A stretch of DNA of 64,000 nucleotides from Centroscyllium fabricii (Eukaryota). Every line of letters begins with the position of its first letter. Positions within the stretch are counted from its first letter, which is position 1. Where the stretch lies: contig JBNRSN020000008.1 of the NCBI GenBank assembly GCA_051313645.2, positions 257,548,001 to 257,612,000 on the forward strand. Reading direction: 5' to 3'. This document shows positions 48,576 to 60,380 of the stretch, one piece after another. A program made the position numbers and the translations under genes. Under the pieces are notes generated by a model. It had not been told where the DNA came from and searched no databases. It worked only from the letters and a program-made list of their open reading frames with translations.

Positions 48576-51462
48576 TGTAACGGAGGGGTGTGGGGCCCAA
48601 ATGCAAAGACACTGATAAAACTGTCTAGGTCTTAAATCCTTTAATACCAAACAGTAATGAAAAAACATACATGCATACATTCAAGAAGTTACAAAACATA
48701 ATTAAATGGCATACAAAGTTAGAAACAGAAAACAAGTTCATTTCCGAACTGGTACAAACTTCCCTTGGTGCATGGAACGATATGCAGCCAAGCGCATCAT
48801 AGTGTTGTGAATTACATGTCCAACCCTGACTACAGGTGGTATAGAGAAAATGTCCAGGAAGTTGAATTAGAAATACTTCTGAGTCCGCCCTACGGTCGAA
48901 ACTCACTCCAACGGAGTCTTCAGAGGAAGAATACCTGATCTACTTAGCAGGGGAACGCCCTTACTTAACTAATGGAATGTCCAAACCTGAGCCCAGGTGG
49001 CAGAACGCAATGTCCAGAATGTAGACAACCGTAGTTCTCCGAAGTCCGCTCCACAGCTAAGACTTTACTCTACCCGAGTTTCCAGAAGAGAATACATCAT
49101 CTACAAGGCAGGGGAACGCCCAAACCCATTGCCTCTCCAGCAGCTCAGACAGCAACCACTTCTTCCAGTGGTTCGTAGTAATGAGTAGTAAGTAGAATCT
49201 AATGATCCGGCACCTGCCTGGTCAAAGCACCCAGCTTATAAGCCAAACAGGCAAACCAGATTATTTAGTGCTGGCCAATAAGCAGCAGGTATTGATAACC
49301 AGGAACACACAGGTATGTGAAACAGTTAATTAAGATACAATAAACCAAAACAGAGAAACAAAACCTAGAATTCCAAAATGGATTCCTTAAAGGGGAATGC
49401 CATCTGTGACAGAACCCCCCCCCCCTCAAAGGACGACTGCTGACGTCCCAAGTACCCAAATACCGAAATAAGGTGGGTGGAGGGGTGCAGAGGAGGGACC
49501 AACCGTCCTTCAGGTATAAAGGAATCCGAGGAGCGCTAGACGCTTCAGTGTCTGCTGGACCCCCTTGTGGCCGGATCATTCTGTAACGGTGGGGTGTGGG
49601 GCCCAAATGCAAAGACACTGATAAAACTGTCTAGGTCTTAAATCCTTTAATACCAAACAGTAATGAAAAAACATACATGCATACATTCAAAAAGTTATAA
49701 AACATAATTAAATGGCATACAAAGTTATAAACAGAAAACAAGTTCCTTTCCGAACTGGTACTAAACTTCCCTTGGTGCATGGAATGATACGCAGCCAAGC
49801 GCATCATAGTGTTGTGAATTACATGTCCAACCCTGACTACAGGTGGTATAGAGGAAATGTCCAGGAAGTTGAATTAGGAATACTTCCGAGTCCGCCCTAC
49901 GGTCGAAACTCACTCCAACGGAGTCTTCAGAGGAAGAATCCATCTTCACAAACAAGGAAACTCCTCACATACACAACTGAAACGTCCAAACCTCAGTTCG
50001 GGTGATAACGACCATTGTCCAGGAAGTTGAATTAGGAATACTTCCGAGTCCGCCCTACGGTCGAAACTCACTCCAACGGAGTCTTCAGAGGAAGAATACC
50101 TGATCTACTTAGCAGGGGAACGCCCTTACTTAACTAATGGAATGTCCAAACCTGAGCCCAGGTGGCAGAACGCAATGTCCAGAATGTAGACAACCGTAGT
50201 TCTCCGAAGTCCGCTCCACAGCTAAGACTTTACTCTACCCGAGTTTCCAGAAGAGAATACATCATCTACAAGGCAGGGGAACGCCCAAACCTATTGCCTC
50301 TCCAGCAGCTCAGACAGCAACCACTTCTTCCAGTGGTTCGTAGTAATGAGTAGTAAGTAGAATCTAATGATCCAGCACCTGCCTGGTCAAAGCACCCAGC
50401 TTATAAGCCAAACAGGCAAACCAGATTATTTAGTGCTGGCCAATAAGCAGCAGGTATTGATAACCAGGAACACACAGGTATGTGAAACAGTTAATTAAGA
50501 TACAATGGGCCCTGTCTTCCTGTGCTCCAGAAGAGCTGCCCCCCCCACGAAAATGCTTCGTGGGGAGGCAGCTCTGGTGCTTACCAGAAACGTGAACTTC
50601 CTGTGCTGATGGGCAAGGGGCTTCAGCTTCCTCCCCACGAAGCACTTTGAGCTGCAGACTTCCTGTACACTGGTGCTCAAAATTCAGGTGTACAACGTGG
50701 GGAAGCCTCCATTTTTCTGCCCACGTGAAAAGGAGTCGTAACAGAGTGCAGGCAGGTTTGAAAAGTGGAAAAAACAGGTTTAAAGTTTAACTTTTTTTAA
50801 TTCCTTTTGAGATATTTGTTTGTGGTCTTACAGCTTGTGATTGTGAAGGTTTATATATATTTTGGTGATAGTTAAAAAAATCGGGAATTTGAAAGCGATC
50901 TCAGATTTAAGTTTGTAGGAAGCTGGTCTTACAGCTTGTAAATCTGATGGTTTATATATTTTTTGGTGATAGTTCAGAAATCGGCGATTTCAACCCGCTC
51001 ACAGCTCTCCGCTCACAGCTCACAGCTCTCAGCTGGCATCGCGTTGAAATCGCCGATTTTTTAACTATCACCAAAAAATATATAAACCATCAGATTCACA
51101 AGCTGTAAGACCAGCTTCCTACAAACTTAAAAAAAAAGAAAAAGTTGTTCCTAACCTGATCTTTTCTTTAGTTGAACACTTGATCTGTGCGTTCTGTGGG
51201 GGCGTGGTCTCAAAAAGCCGACCTCAGGGGGCGTGTCCAGCACCCGACCAACGCACAAAGCACAACGCACGAAAAAAAACCAGACCCCTCCGCACGAAAA
51301 AAAATCGACATTTCACACAGGAAGTCCAGCAGATAAAAAAAAAAAAATCTCGGACGGGTGCAAATCTGCACGCACCCACAGCAATCGGGCCACAGGAAGA
51401 CAGGGCCCAATAAACCAAAACAGAGAAACAAAACCTAGAATTCCAAAATGCCATCTGTGACA
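48576..51462 (-). mobile_element. Non-autonomous Tf1/sushi-type LTR element (LTRs 48576-49411 and 49582-51462; 170-bp internal region)
   Basis: TG..CA LTRs, 5-bp TSD TATAA, G-rich PPT ~49412-49432, self-priming PBS 49570-49580. Confidence 0.9.
50507..51408. mobile_element. Non-autonomous PIF/Harbinger-type DNA transposon inside the 5' LTR
   Basis: Perfect 18-bp TIR GGGCCCTGTCTTCCTGTG, 3-bp TSD AAT; absent from the other LTR. Confidence 0.9.
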
Positions 51463-52695
51463 TATAATGGGGAATAAAAAATGGCAGACCAACTAAATTC
51501 CTATTTTGGTACTGTTTTCACAAAGGAGGACACAAGCAACCTCCCAGGGATAGCAGCGAACATAGGGTCTAATGCAAGGGAGGAGCTAACAGATATCAGT
51601 ATTTCTAGGGAGATGGTTTTGGGGAAGTTGAAGGGATTGAAGGCCGACAAATCCCCAGGGCCTGATAATCTACATCCTAGGGTACTTAAAGAGGTAGCCC
51701 TGGAAATAGAGGGTGCTTTAAGGATCATTTTCCAGAACTCGATAGACTCTGGATCAGTACCCACGGATTGGAGGGTGGCTAATGTTACCCCACTATTTAA
51801 AAAGGGGGGCAGAGAGAAAGCAGGGAATTATAGACCAGTAAGCCTTACATCAGTAGTGGGCAAAATGCTCGAGTCCATTATCAAGGAAGTAATCTCGGAG
51901 CATTTGACAATTAGGGATGAGTTCGGACAGAGTCAACATTGATTTACAAAAGGTAAATCATGTTTAACTAATCTATTGGAATTCTTTGAGGAAGTAACTC
52001 GGAAAATAGATGGGAGAGAGCCAGTAGATGTGGTGTACCTTGACTTCCAGAAAGCCTTCGATAAGGTTCCACATTAAAGATTAGCATGTAAAAATAAGGC
52101 TCATGGGATTGGGGGCAAAGTTTTGATGTGGATAGAGAACTGGTTGGCAGACAGAAAACAGAGAGTTGGAATTAACGGCTCATTTTCTGAGTGGCAGCCA
52201 GTGACTAGTGGAGTACCGCAGGGGTCTGTCCTGGGACCTCAGCTGTTTACAATATATATTAATGATCTGGATCAGGGAATTGAATGTAATATCTCCAAAT
52301 TCGCGGATGACACCAAACTAGGAGGGGGAGCAGGCTCTGAAGAGGGTGTCAGGAAGTTACAGGGCGATTTGGATAAGTTGGGGGACTGGGCAGATAGATG
52401 GCAGATTCACTATAATGTGGATAAATGTGAGGTTATCCACTTTGGGGGCAAAAACAGGAGGGTAGATTACTACTTAAATGGCAATAGATTGGGAGATGGG
52501 GAGGTGCAGAGAGACCTGGGTGTTCTTGTGCACCAGTCGCTGAAGGCGAGCACGCAGGTGCAGCAGGCGGTCAGGAAGGCAAATGGTATGCTGGCCTTCA
52601 TATCAAGAGGGTTCGAGTGTAGGAATAAGGATACCTTACTGCAGCTGTACAAGGCACTGGTGAGACCACACCTCGAGTATTGTGTACAGTTCTGG

Positions 52696-52876
52696 GTGGA
52701 CGGGGACTTGGTGGTAGCTGCGCACCAGGTCGACTTTGGAGAAGACTGAGCACTTGGCCAGTCTGGCTGAAAAGTTCAGGATGTGTGGTACTGGGTACCG
52801 ATCCGGTGTGGTGGCGTCGTTGAGGCGGCGGTAATCCCCGCTGGGGTGCCAGCCGCCGTCGGGCTTGGGGGCGAAC
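52696..52876 (-). mobile_element. Isolated internal RT fragment of a CsRn1 copy-2-like element
   Basis: Reverse complement aligns with ~13732-13910 (APKPDGGW..DYRRLND..FSKVDLVR.YHQVPVH); the CR1 reads through on both sides with GG duplicated. Confidence 0.9.
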
Positions 52877-53735
52877 GGTCGCCTCGCCTGAGGAAGGATG
52901 TTCTTGCCATGGAAGGAGTGCAGCGGCGTTTCACCAGTCTGATTCCGGGAATGGCAGGAATGAACTACGAGGAGAGATTGTGTAGTCTGGGCTTGTACTC
53001 GTTGGAGTTTAGAAGATTGAGAGGTGATCTCATTGAGACGTATAAAATTCTGAAAGGTCAGGACAGGTTAGATTCAGAGAGAATGTTTCCAATGGCGGGG
53101 GAGTCCAGGACCAGGGGCCACAGTCTAAGGATAAGGGGTAAACCATTTAGGACAGACATGAGGAAGAATTTCTTCACTCAGAGAGTGGTGGGCCTGTGGA
53201 ATTCCCTGCCACAGAGGGCGGTGGAGGCCAGTTCATTAAACATATTCAAGAGGGAATTGGATATATTTCTTCAAGCTAAAGGGATTAAAGGTTATGGAGA
53301 AAAGGCGGGGACGGGGTACTAGCTTGCTAAAGATCAGCCATTATCTCATTGAATGGCGGAGCAGGCTCGAAGGGCTGAATGGCCTACTCCTGCTCCTATC
53401 TTCTATGATTCTATGATTCTATGATTCAGACAACTCCCCTCCCTCCTGGCCTGGGGACATAGATCAGGGCGTTGCTGGCGAAGCCAGACAGAAATCTATT
53501 CGCCCTGGCAAGCTGTCTGTTGAAGCGCTACCTGCACCGACATCTGGCACAGATGAGGCCCAGTTCCCAACCGGCATCGATCCCCGGCCTCTTACTTCTC
53601 GCCTGCACTTGTTGGTCCCAGACCGTTATCTCCCCCGTACCTCTTAAAGTGAGTTGTATTACAGTCATTAAGATTCCAGAGCGAGACTCATTTACGGTGC
53701 CTGGAAAGAAGGAGATGGATGCCTTTTCCATAACA

Positions 53736-54175
53736 TGATGTGGAGGTGCCGGTGTTGGACTGGGGCGGACAATTACAAGAAGTCACACAACACCAGGTTA
53801 TAGTCCAACAGTTTTATTTTAAATCACAATATTTCGGAGCGTTCGCCCCTTCGTCAGGTGAAAGAGAGACTGACTTAAAGAACGCACATATGGGAGGAAG
53901 GGAGGAATCCGATCTCTCCCACATCTCACCTTAGCAGAGATAGACAGAGCACACAAAGGCGTATTAACATATTTTAACACATCAGTCTGAGATCAATGAG
54001 GCACAGTCACAAGGGGTCAAATCCTGCGAAACACACAGAATTATTTAAAAAAAAGGAATTTCCTTACAAGACAAAGATGTCCCTAGTCTGGATGTGGGGG
54101 CAGAAGCTCCGAAAGCTTGTGATTTAAAATGAAACTGTTGGACTATAACCTGGTGTTGTGTGACTTCTTGCATTG
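53736..54175. mobile_element. Penelope-derived non-autonomous element with inverted terminal copies
   Basis: 53765-53840 and ~54105-54175 are inverted copies; possible TSD TTCCATA. Confidence 0.7.
53824..53861 (-). ncRNA. Minimal type I hammerhead ribozyme motif
   Basis: tcac CTGACGA aggggc-gaac-gctcc GAAA tatt gtga. Confidence 0.5.
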
Positions 54176-54991
54176 TTCCATACCAGTTAAATCTCTACAC
54201 GGTTTTGTTGGAACATTAAGGAATGTGGCTCGTCACACATTGAGGAGGACAACTCAATTCGTTTAGACAATGAGGCATCAGGGCATTGATGTTAAGTTGC
54301 ACAGCCCATTTGAAGAAGTTCTCAAGGGAGTGTAAACGGCCTGCTCATCACACCATGCCGCGCCAGGGGTCAAATCCTCCAATCCGGCCATTGTTGTCCT
54401 TGTGTTGCTTCTTGGACAGCTAATGATTACAACATGATAGAAAACCCGTGGCACACGTCACAAAACTGGGTTGACTTCTGCCATTAGTATCCAGCCTGTG
54501 GGGGAAATAGATCATCTGCTAAAATATCTCCAACAAGGAAGGAACCTGATATCCCATCATAAGTCACGTTATATATCAGAAGATAAGAACACAATTGTCG
54601 AGTAGAAGCTTGTAACTGTTGTATACCGATTATTTCTCATTACTTTTCACGTGGTAATATATTTTACTGAATAGTTTTTCTTTCCCATATTGGTCACATA
54701 TTTGCGCTTCAAAGCTGGTGGAAGAAAGTGTCTGGCATCTCACACATTGGAACGTCAGCATTTACCGCAAATTGTGATTAATATTTATATCTGAGCATGC
54801 TCAGTCATACACAATAGTGATCAAGTCGACACTTTGGTTGATTGACTTAGTTTAGTTGTGTATTCTGGTGTGAATCGAAGTGTGTTCGGGACTGCTAGTT
54901 GGGTGTAAGCCTGAGCGGCACCAGCCAAGGGTTGCACATTTCAGAAAAGACCAAAAATCAATACGGAACCCGTTTGGATTTAATAAAATAT

Positions 54992-56505
54992 TACATAAGA
55001 ACATAAGAACATAAGAAGTAGGAGCAGAAGTAGGCCAATCGACCCCTCGAGCCTGCTCCGCCATTCAATAAGATCATGGCTGATCTGATCCTAACCTCAA
55101 TTTTATTTTTACTCTCCACCCCGCCCAAACCAATGTAATCACCTGGGAGAGGTGAAAAAACAGACATGGCCGATCTCAACCTAGCCTCACGTCCACTTAC
55201 CAGCCCGTTCACCATAACCCCTAATTCCCTTTAATTCCAGGAAACTGTCTATCTCAGTTTAAAATTTATTCAAAGTAGTAGCTTCTACAGCTCTCTGGGG
55301 CAGCAAATTCCACAGCCGCACCACCCTCTGAGTAAAGAAGTTCCCCCTCATCTCAGTTTTAAAATGGGAGCCCTTTATTTTAAGATTATGCACCCTAGTC
55401 CTAGTCTCACCCACCATTGGGAACATCCTCACCGCATCCACCCGATCAAGCCCTCTCACAATCTTATATATTTCAATAAGATCGCCTCTCATTCTTCTGA
55501 ACTCCAATGTGTAGAGGCCCAATCCACTCAGCCTCTCGTCATATGTTAGCCCCCTCATCCCCGGAACTAACCTAGTGAATCTTCTCTGCACTGCCTCGAG
55601 AGCAAGTATGTCCTTTCTTAAATAGGGACACCAGAACTGCACGCAGTATTCCAGGTGTGGTCTCACCAATACCCTGTACAACTGCAACAAGACCTCCCTG
55701 CTTTTATACTCAATCCGCTTAGCAATAAAAGCCAACATTCCGTTGGCCTTCCTTACCACCTGCTGCACCTGTATATTAACTTTCTGTGTCCCCTGCACCA
55801 GGACCCCCACATCCCTTTGCACTGAAGTACTTTCCAGTTCCTTTCCATTTAGATAATAACTCGCTCTATTATTTTTCCTGCCAAAGTGCATAACTTCACA
55901 TTTTCCAGTATTATACTCCATCTGCCAAATCTCTGCCCACTCACTTAGCTTATCTATGTCCTTTTGCAGGTTTTTAATGTCCTCCTCATTCATCACCCTG
56001 CCTCACATTTTTGTGTCATCCGCAAACTTTGATATGTTGCACTTGGTCCCTTCTTCCAAATCGTTAATATAGATTGTAAAGAGTTGGGGTCCCAGCACCG
56101 ACCCTTGCGGAACACCACTAGTGACTGACTGCCAGTCTGAGAACGAACCATTTATCCCAACTCTCTGTTTTCTGTTAGAAAGCCAATCCTCCACCCATGC
56201 CAGAATATTACCCCCAACCCCGTGATTTTTTATCTTGAGTAATAATCTTCTGTGGGGCACCTTGTCAAATGCCTTTTGGAAATCCAAATACACCACATCC
56301 ACTGTTTCCCCTTTATCCACCCTATATGTTATGTCATCAAAGAACTCTAGCAAATTTGTCAAACATGACTTCCCCTTTGTCAAACATGCTGACTTTGTCC
56401 TATTAAATGGTGTTTATCCAAATGCCCTGTTACTGTTTCCTTAATAATAGATTCTAACATTTTCCCAACCACAGATGTTAGGCTAACTGGTCTATAATTT
56501 CCAGC
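54992..56505 (-). mobile_element. 5'-truncated, relatively young CR1
   Basis: ORFs 56003-56383 and 55259-55996 with RT motifs; (CATAAGAA)3 tail. Confidence 0.92.
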
Positions 56506-56779
56506 CTATGCATATTACATATGCCGCGGGTTCCCCGAATTGGGAGGGTCCGGTGAGGCCAGGGTCGGTGGCGGGTCCCGAGCCTACTGCTGGCTCCATC
56601 CCGCTGGATCGAGGGATTTTGCCCCTATTGGGGCTTTTTAAGCCCGCCCAGCGCCTTTGCCAGCCAATTGAAGGAAGCGCATCTGGTGACGCATCATCAG
56701 CCGGTTTCCTTAAAGGGACCTTGGCAAAATGTTTGAAAGTTGTGTTCTCAGTGTTCCACAGCATTGATGTGCTGCAAAG

Positions 56780-57020
56780 ACTGACAAGCACTGCACAGCC
56801 GTAAACTGCTCGCACGCTCTCCCAAGACGTCCTCCCTATGCTTATGGAAGTAGCTACAACACGCAGGGAGGTGCTTCTCCTTTTCGATGGGCAGAAGAGA
56901 ACTCCGCAGCAACGCAGCCGAGTTGCACAATTCATTGGAGGACACAAGTAGAGATGTTTTCAGGGCAATGGGCTGCAGTGGGGCAAATCTTTCAGCGACC
57001 AACTAACAAAACAGAAGGGT
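56780..57020 (+). pseudogene. Myb/SANT-like gene relic of a Harbinger transposon
   Basis: ARTLSQDVLPMLMEVATTRREVLLLFDGQKR resembles Harbinger Myb/SANT accessory proteins; degraded. Confidence 0.45.
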
Positions 57021-57570
57021 AGTCACTTGAATGTTTTAGCCACTGATCATGTGAAGTTTCTGTTCATGTGCTGTAAACATTGCAACCTTTATTTTGAACA
57101 CTTTGCATTCTTGGACAGATCTGCGTGCACCTTTAGATGTGGCTTGGTGAGTTGCAATGCATGGAGCGGCCTAATGGTATGCCTGCAGTGGCAATGAGCG
57201 TGAAAGGAAATGCATGGCATTGCAGGGAAGACCATAGTTATTGGCGCGGCGTGGTGCCAACCTGGTGCGGCATGTGGCAGCCAGGCTGTACCGCATCAAG
57301 TGAAGTAATGTGGCCATGGTGAGACCATCCTTGGTGTTGCAGTGAAGAAGGTGGTCGGGTGCTGATGCCCTGTGTCATGTGCAGCCTCAGGTAATTGCGG
57401 AGAAGTGTGCTGCTGTTGATGCTGCTGGAGTTCCTGGTGCTCCTTGTGTTGGCGGATATCGTGGTGTGATTATGTGGATGAAATGGACATAGTTTCAAGG
57501 GCACCGATGCTGATGGTATCCATGGCAGGTGCAGTTGAGATGAAAGAATTGATCTGTCTATGGTGAGAGA

Positions 57571-57733
57571 TGATATGGAGGTGTTGGTGTTGGACTGGGG
57601 TGCACAAATGTAAGTAGTCACACAACATCAGGTTATAGTCGAACAGTTTTATTTGAAATCACAACCGCTCCGAAAGCATGTGATTTCAAATAAAACTGTT
57701 GGACTACAACCTGGTGTTGTGTGACTTCTTACA
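57571..57733. mobile_element. 163-bp Penelope-derived foldback insertion
   Basis: 55-bp inverted arms, 15-nt loop, 11-bp TSD ATGGTGAGAGA. Confidence 0.8.
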
Positions 57734-58267
57734 ATGGTGAGAGAGGTTGTTCCAATGTGGTGATACTGGATACAGAACTAACTCCAAACACTTGCACCCT
57801 GCATAAAGCTCAATCTGTCTCCCAGCTGAGGGAACCAACAGTTTCTGCGCTTGGAAAGGGAACAGCCGTGAAATGGGAGCTTTTTCGCACATTTACAGCT
57901 CACAAGTAAGGAGATAATGCCATGGTAAAACAACTCACGATCCGATGAGCCAAACTAATCCCCGAGCGGATTGCAACCCCTGGGCGACTTCGTAAAATGA
58001 ACACGCAATACACCTTTGGAAAAGCAAAATACAGCGGATGCTGGAAATCTGAAATAAAAACAGAAAATGCTGAGAATCATCGGCAGACCAGGTAGCATCT
58101 GTGGATAGAGAAACATTGTTAACGTTTCAGGTCGATGACCCTTCGTCGGACCTGGAAAAACCTGGAGATTGAGTCGGTTTTGAAGCAATTCCAGAGGCGG
58201 GGAAAGTGGGGAGGGGAGGATGGAACACAATGGATGATCTTGGCCAGGCTGGAAGGCCGGAGATATT

Positions 58268-59113
58268 GTGCCAGAAATTCGGGGGCCTCGCACCAGTTGC
58301 ACCCGCACGGAGTGGGGCCAATATGCCCCGTGCATGCCCATGGATCGGAGCTTTCCGATGCTGAGGGAGAAGAGGCCTCAGCATGGAACGCACAAAAGAA
58401 TTGCACCCAAAAATCCCGATGTTTTTGGGTGTGATTCTGTGCGTTCATCTGTGGGCAAATGGGCTTGGAGCAGCACGGGAAAAAAGGAGTTGTAACCTGT
58501 GCGTTGGTGAGAGCAGTGCATTCCTAAACAAGGTAATTGACTTTTTTCCCTTTAAGTTTAAGTTTTATCAATTTTTTGGAGTAATGTGGCCAGATCGCTA
58601 TCATTAAATTTGGCTGTTAAAGTTTTGTTTTTTAATTTAAAAATCCGAATTTCAATTGTTATACCGATTCCAAATGGCTTATTTTAAAATTTTAAGTTCT
58701 GAAATTTTTAACTATTTCCTTAATTTATAAAAACTAAGAGAAAAAATCTCAAAGACTTACCTCCATTGAAAAGCTGCTCTGGCCGCGGTACTCACTGCCG
58801 AGTCTGTGGGTGCAGCAGTGGGCGTGGTCCTAATAACGGCCTCACGTCCCTGCTCTCTAAGAAGTCCGACTGTGAAGCAGGGGGCGTTTTTTATTTAAAT
58901 TAGGGATCTGTGGGCGGGGCATCACTGCTACGCACGCACGATGGCAGCGCATATACTGCGCTCCTAGCGTGGCTGGACTGCCACGCAGCGCAGGAACGGG
59001 GCGGAGCCAAGAGGAAGGTCTGGACGTAAAAAATGTGCGATTCTGGTGCGGTGCGAAAGGTGTCCGCAGGGTCCTTGCACCCGCACAAACCGGCAGACTG
59101 GAATTTCTGGCCC
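58268..59113. mobile_element. Non-autonomous Harbinger-type DNA transposon
   Basis: TIR G(T/G)GCCAGAAATTC, TSD ATT. Confidence 0.8.
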
Positions 59114-59334
59114 ATTAAGAGCGGTGAAGAGATTGTGCATGACAAGAGGAGATGGTAATGGGACAAGTTATGGAAAAACCTCCTTTTGCCTTGCACCATC
59201 TCCTAGTCTCCCTTTAAGTTTCTTAATTTGACCTGCCTCCCATCGTATCATAGACGGCCTCTTTTTCTCTATCCTTGCCTCCCACTTGCCCAACACCTGC
59301 ACTTGCTTCGAAACCTGTTACTTTTCCAGCTGTT

Positions 59335-59376
59335 TCCAGTGCTGACGAAGGGTCATTGATCTGAAACGTTAACTCC
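59335..59376 (+). ncRNA. Minimal hammerhead ribozyme motif
   Basis: CTGACGA agggtc-att-gatct GAAA cgtt aact. Confidence 0.45.
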
Positions 59377-59838
59377 GTTTCTCTCTCCACAGATGTTGCC
59401 TGAGCTGCTGAGTATTTCGAGCATTTTCGGTTTTTATTGCACAATACTCTTTAGCAGGCTGTTACCACTCTCGTAATCGCCAAACCCCGCCAGCCGCACG
59501 TTGCTTGTTGACATTTGGGAAACTAGCGTGGCGGCGGGTTCCCGAGCTGCAAGAAATGTCCCACCTTACTGTCACTGAGGCCGCTCCCCCCGAAAATGTT
59601 TCCCCTCTTAGTTTCTTGCATCTTCAGCCACAATTCAATGTCAAATAACCTGCTAGAAATTTCAAAGCATTGCTTCCTTCTGAGTTATCTCTCTTCCCGA
59701 AACAACGGAATGGGCTCCGCAAATCCCATCCTGGTATGGTTGCGCGAACATTGCATTTTAGCTCCCGATTTCACCCACATTGTAACGGTTGCAGTAAAAT
59801 AGCGGACAGACGAAATCGATATGGAAACGGACCCTGGT

Positions 59839-60135
59839 TAAATAATAATAATAATAATTCAATTTTATTGTCATTATACAATGCACAAGTACAGAAACAA
59901 TGAAATGTGATCTTGCAAGCTCCCAAGAGTCCAGCAAAGCCGCTGTGTCTGTGCGCACCACCATTCCATCTTTCCATCATTCCGACAATCTTCAGCCAAC
60001 TGCCCCTCCCTGGGTCTCCTTTCGTGACCTTCTGCACCTGGTATTCCCTGGTGGTCACCCATCCAAGTACTAACCAGGCCTGGGCTCTGCTTAGCTTCCA
60101 AGCCTTGCCAGTGACCCTGTCCCTTGTGCCAGGAA
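59839..60135 (-). mobile_element. Second copy of the 5S-derived SINE
   Basis: ggaagctaagcag..ggcctggttagtacttggatggg..gggaatacc; same body and (ATT)n tail as 47431-47742. Confidence 0.85.
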
Positions 60136-60236
60136 AAGGGCTTGAATCTTAATTCAACAAATCTACGAGACAACAAGGGTTCCCGCCAAAGCGACTCTTG
60201 TTTGAAAATTGATGTTAAACTGTAAATTATTGATAG

Positions 60237-60378
60237 AGGTGGCACGGTGTCATAGTGGTTAGCACTGTTGCCTCACAGCACTGGAGACCCGGGTTCAAAT
60301 CCGGCCTCGGGTGACTATCTGTGTGGAGTTTGCACATTCTCCCCGTGTCTGCGTGGGTTTCCTCCGGGTGCTCCGGGT
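60237..60378 (+). mobile_element. HE1-like V-SINE, 5' half
   Basis: A/B boxes and V-core as at 1580-1835. Confidence 0.85.
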
Positions 60379-60380
60379 TC

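Larger units (their letters stand above)
48225..53427 (+). mobile_element. CR1 LINE (5'-truncated ORF2) interrupted by an LTR element and a Gypsy RT fragment
   Basis: QPWIT..KSFYRYIK | [32 protein letters not shown]; (TTCTATGA)n tail at 53401-53427. Confidence 0.92.
58020..59440. mobile_element. Penelope-derived element with inverted termini, interrupted by a MITE
   Basis: 58050-58155 and 59335-59440 are inverted copies, each with a hammerhead-like core. Confidence 0.7.

Noticed and set aside
60237-60310. tRNA gene
   Set aside because: A/B boxes run directly into the V-SINE core; this is a SINE head
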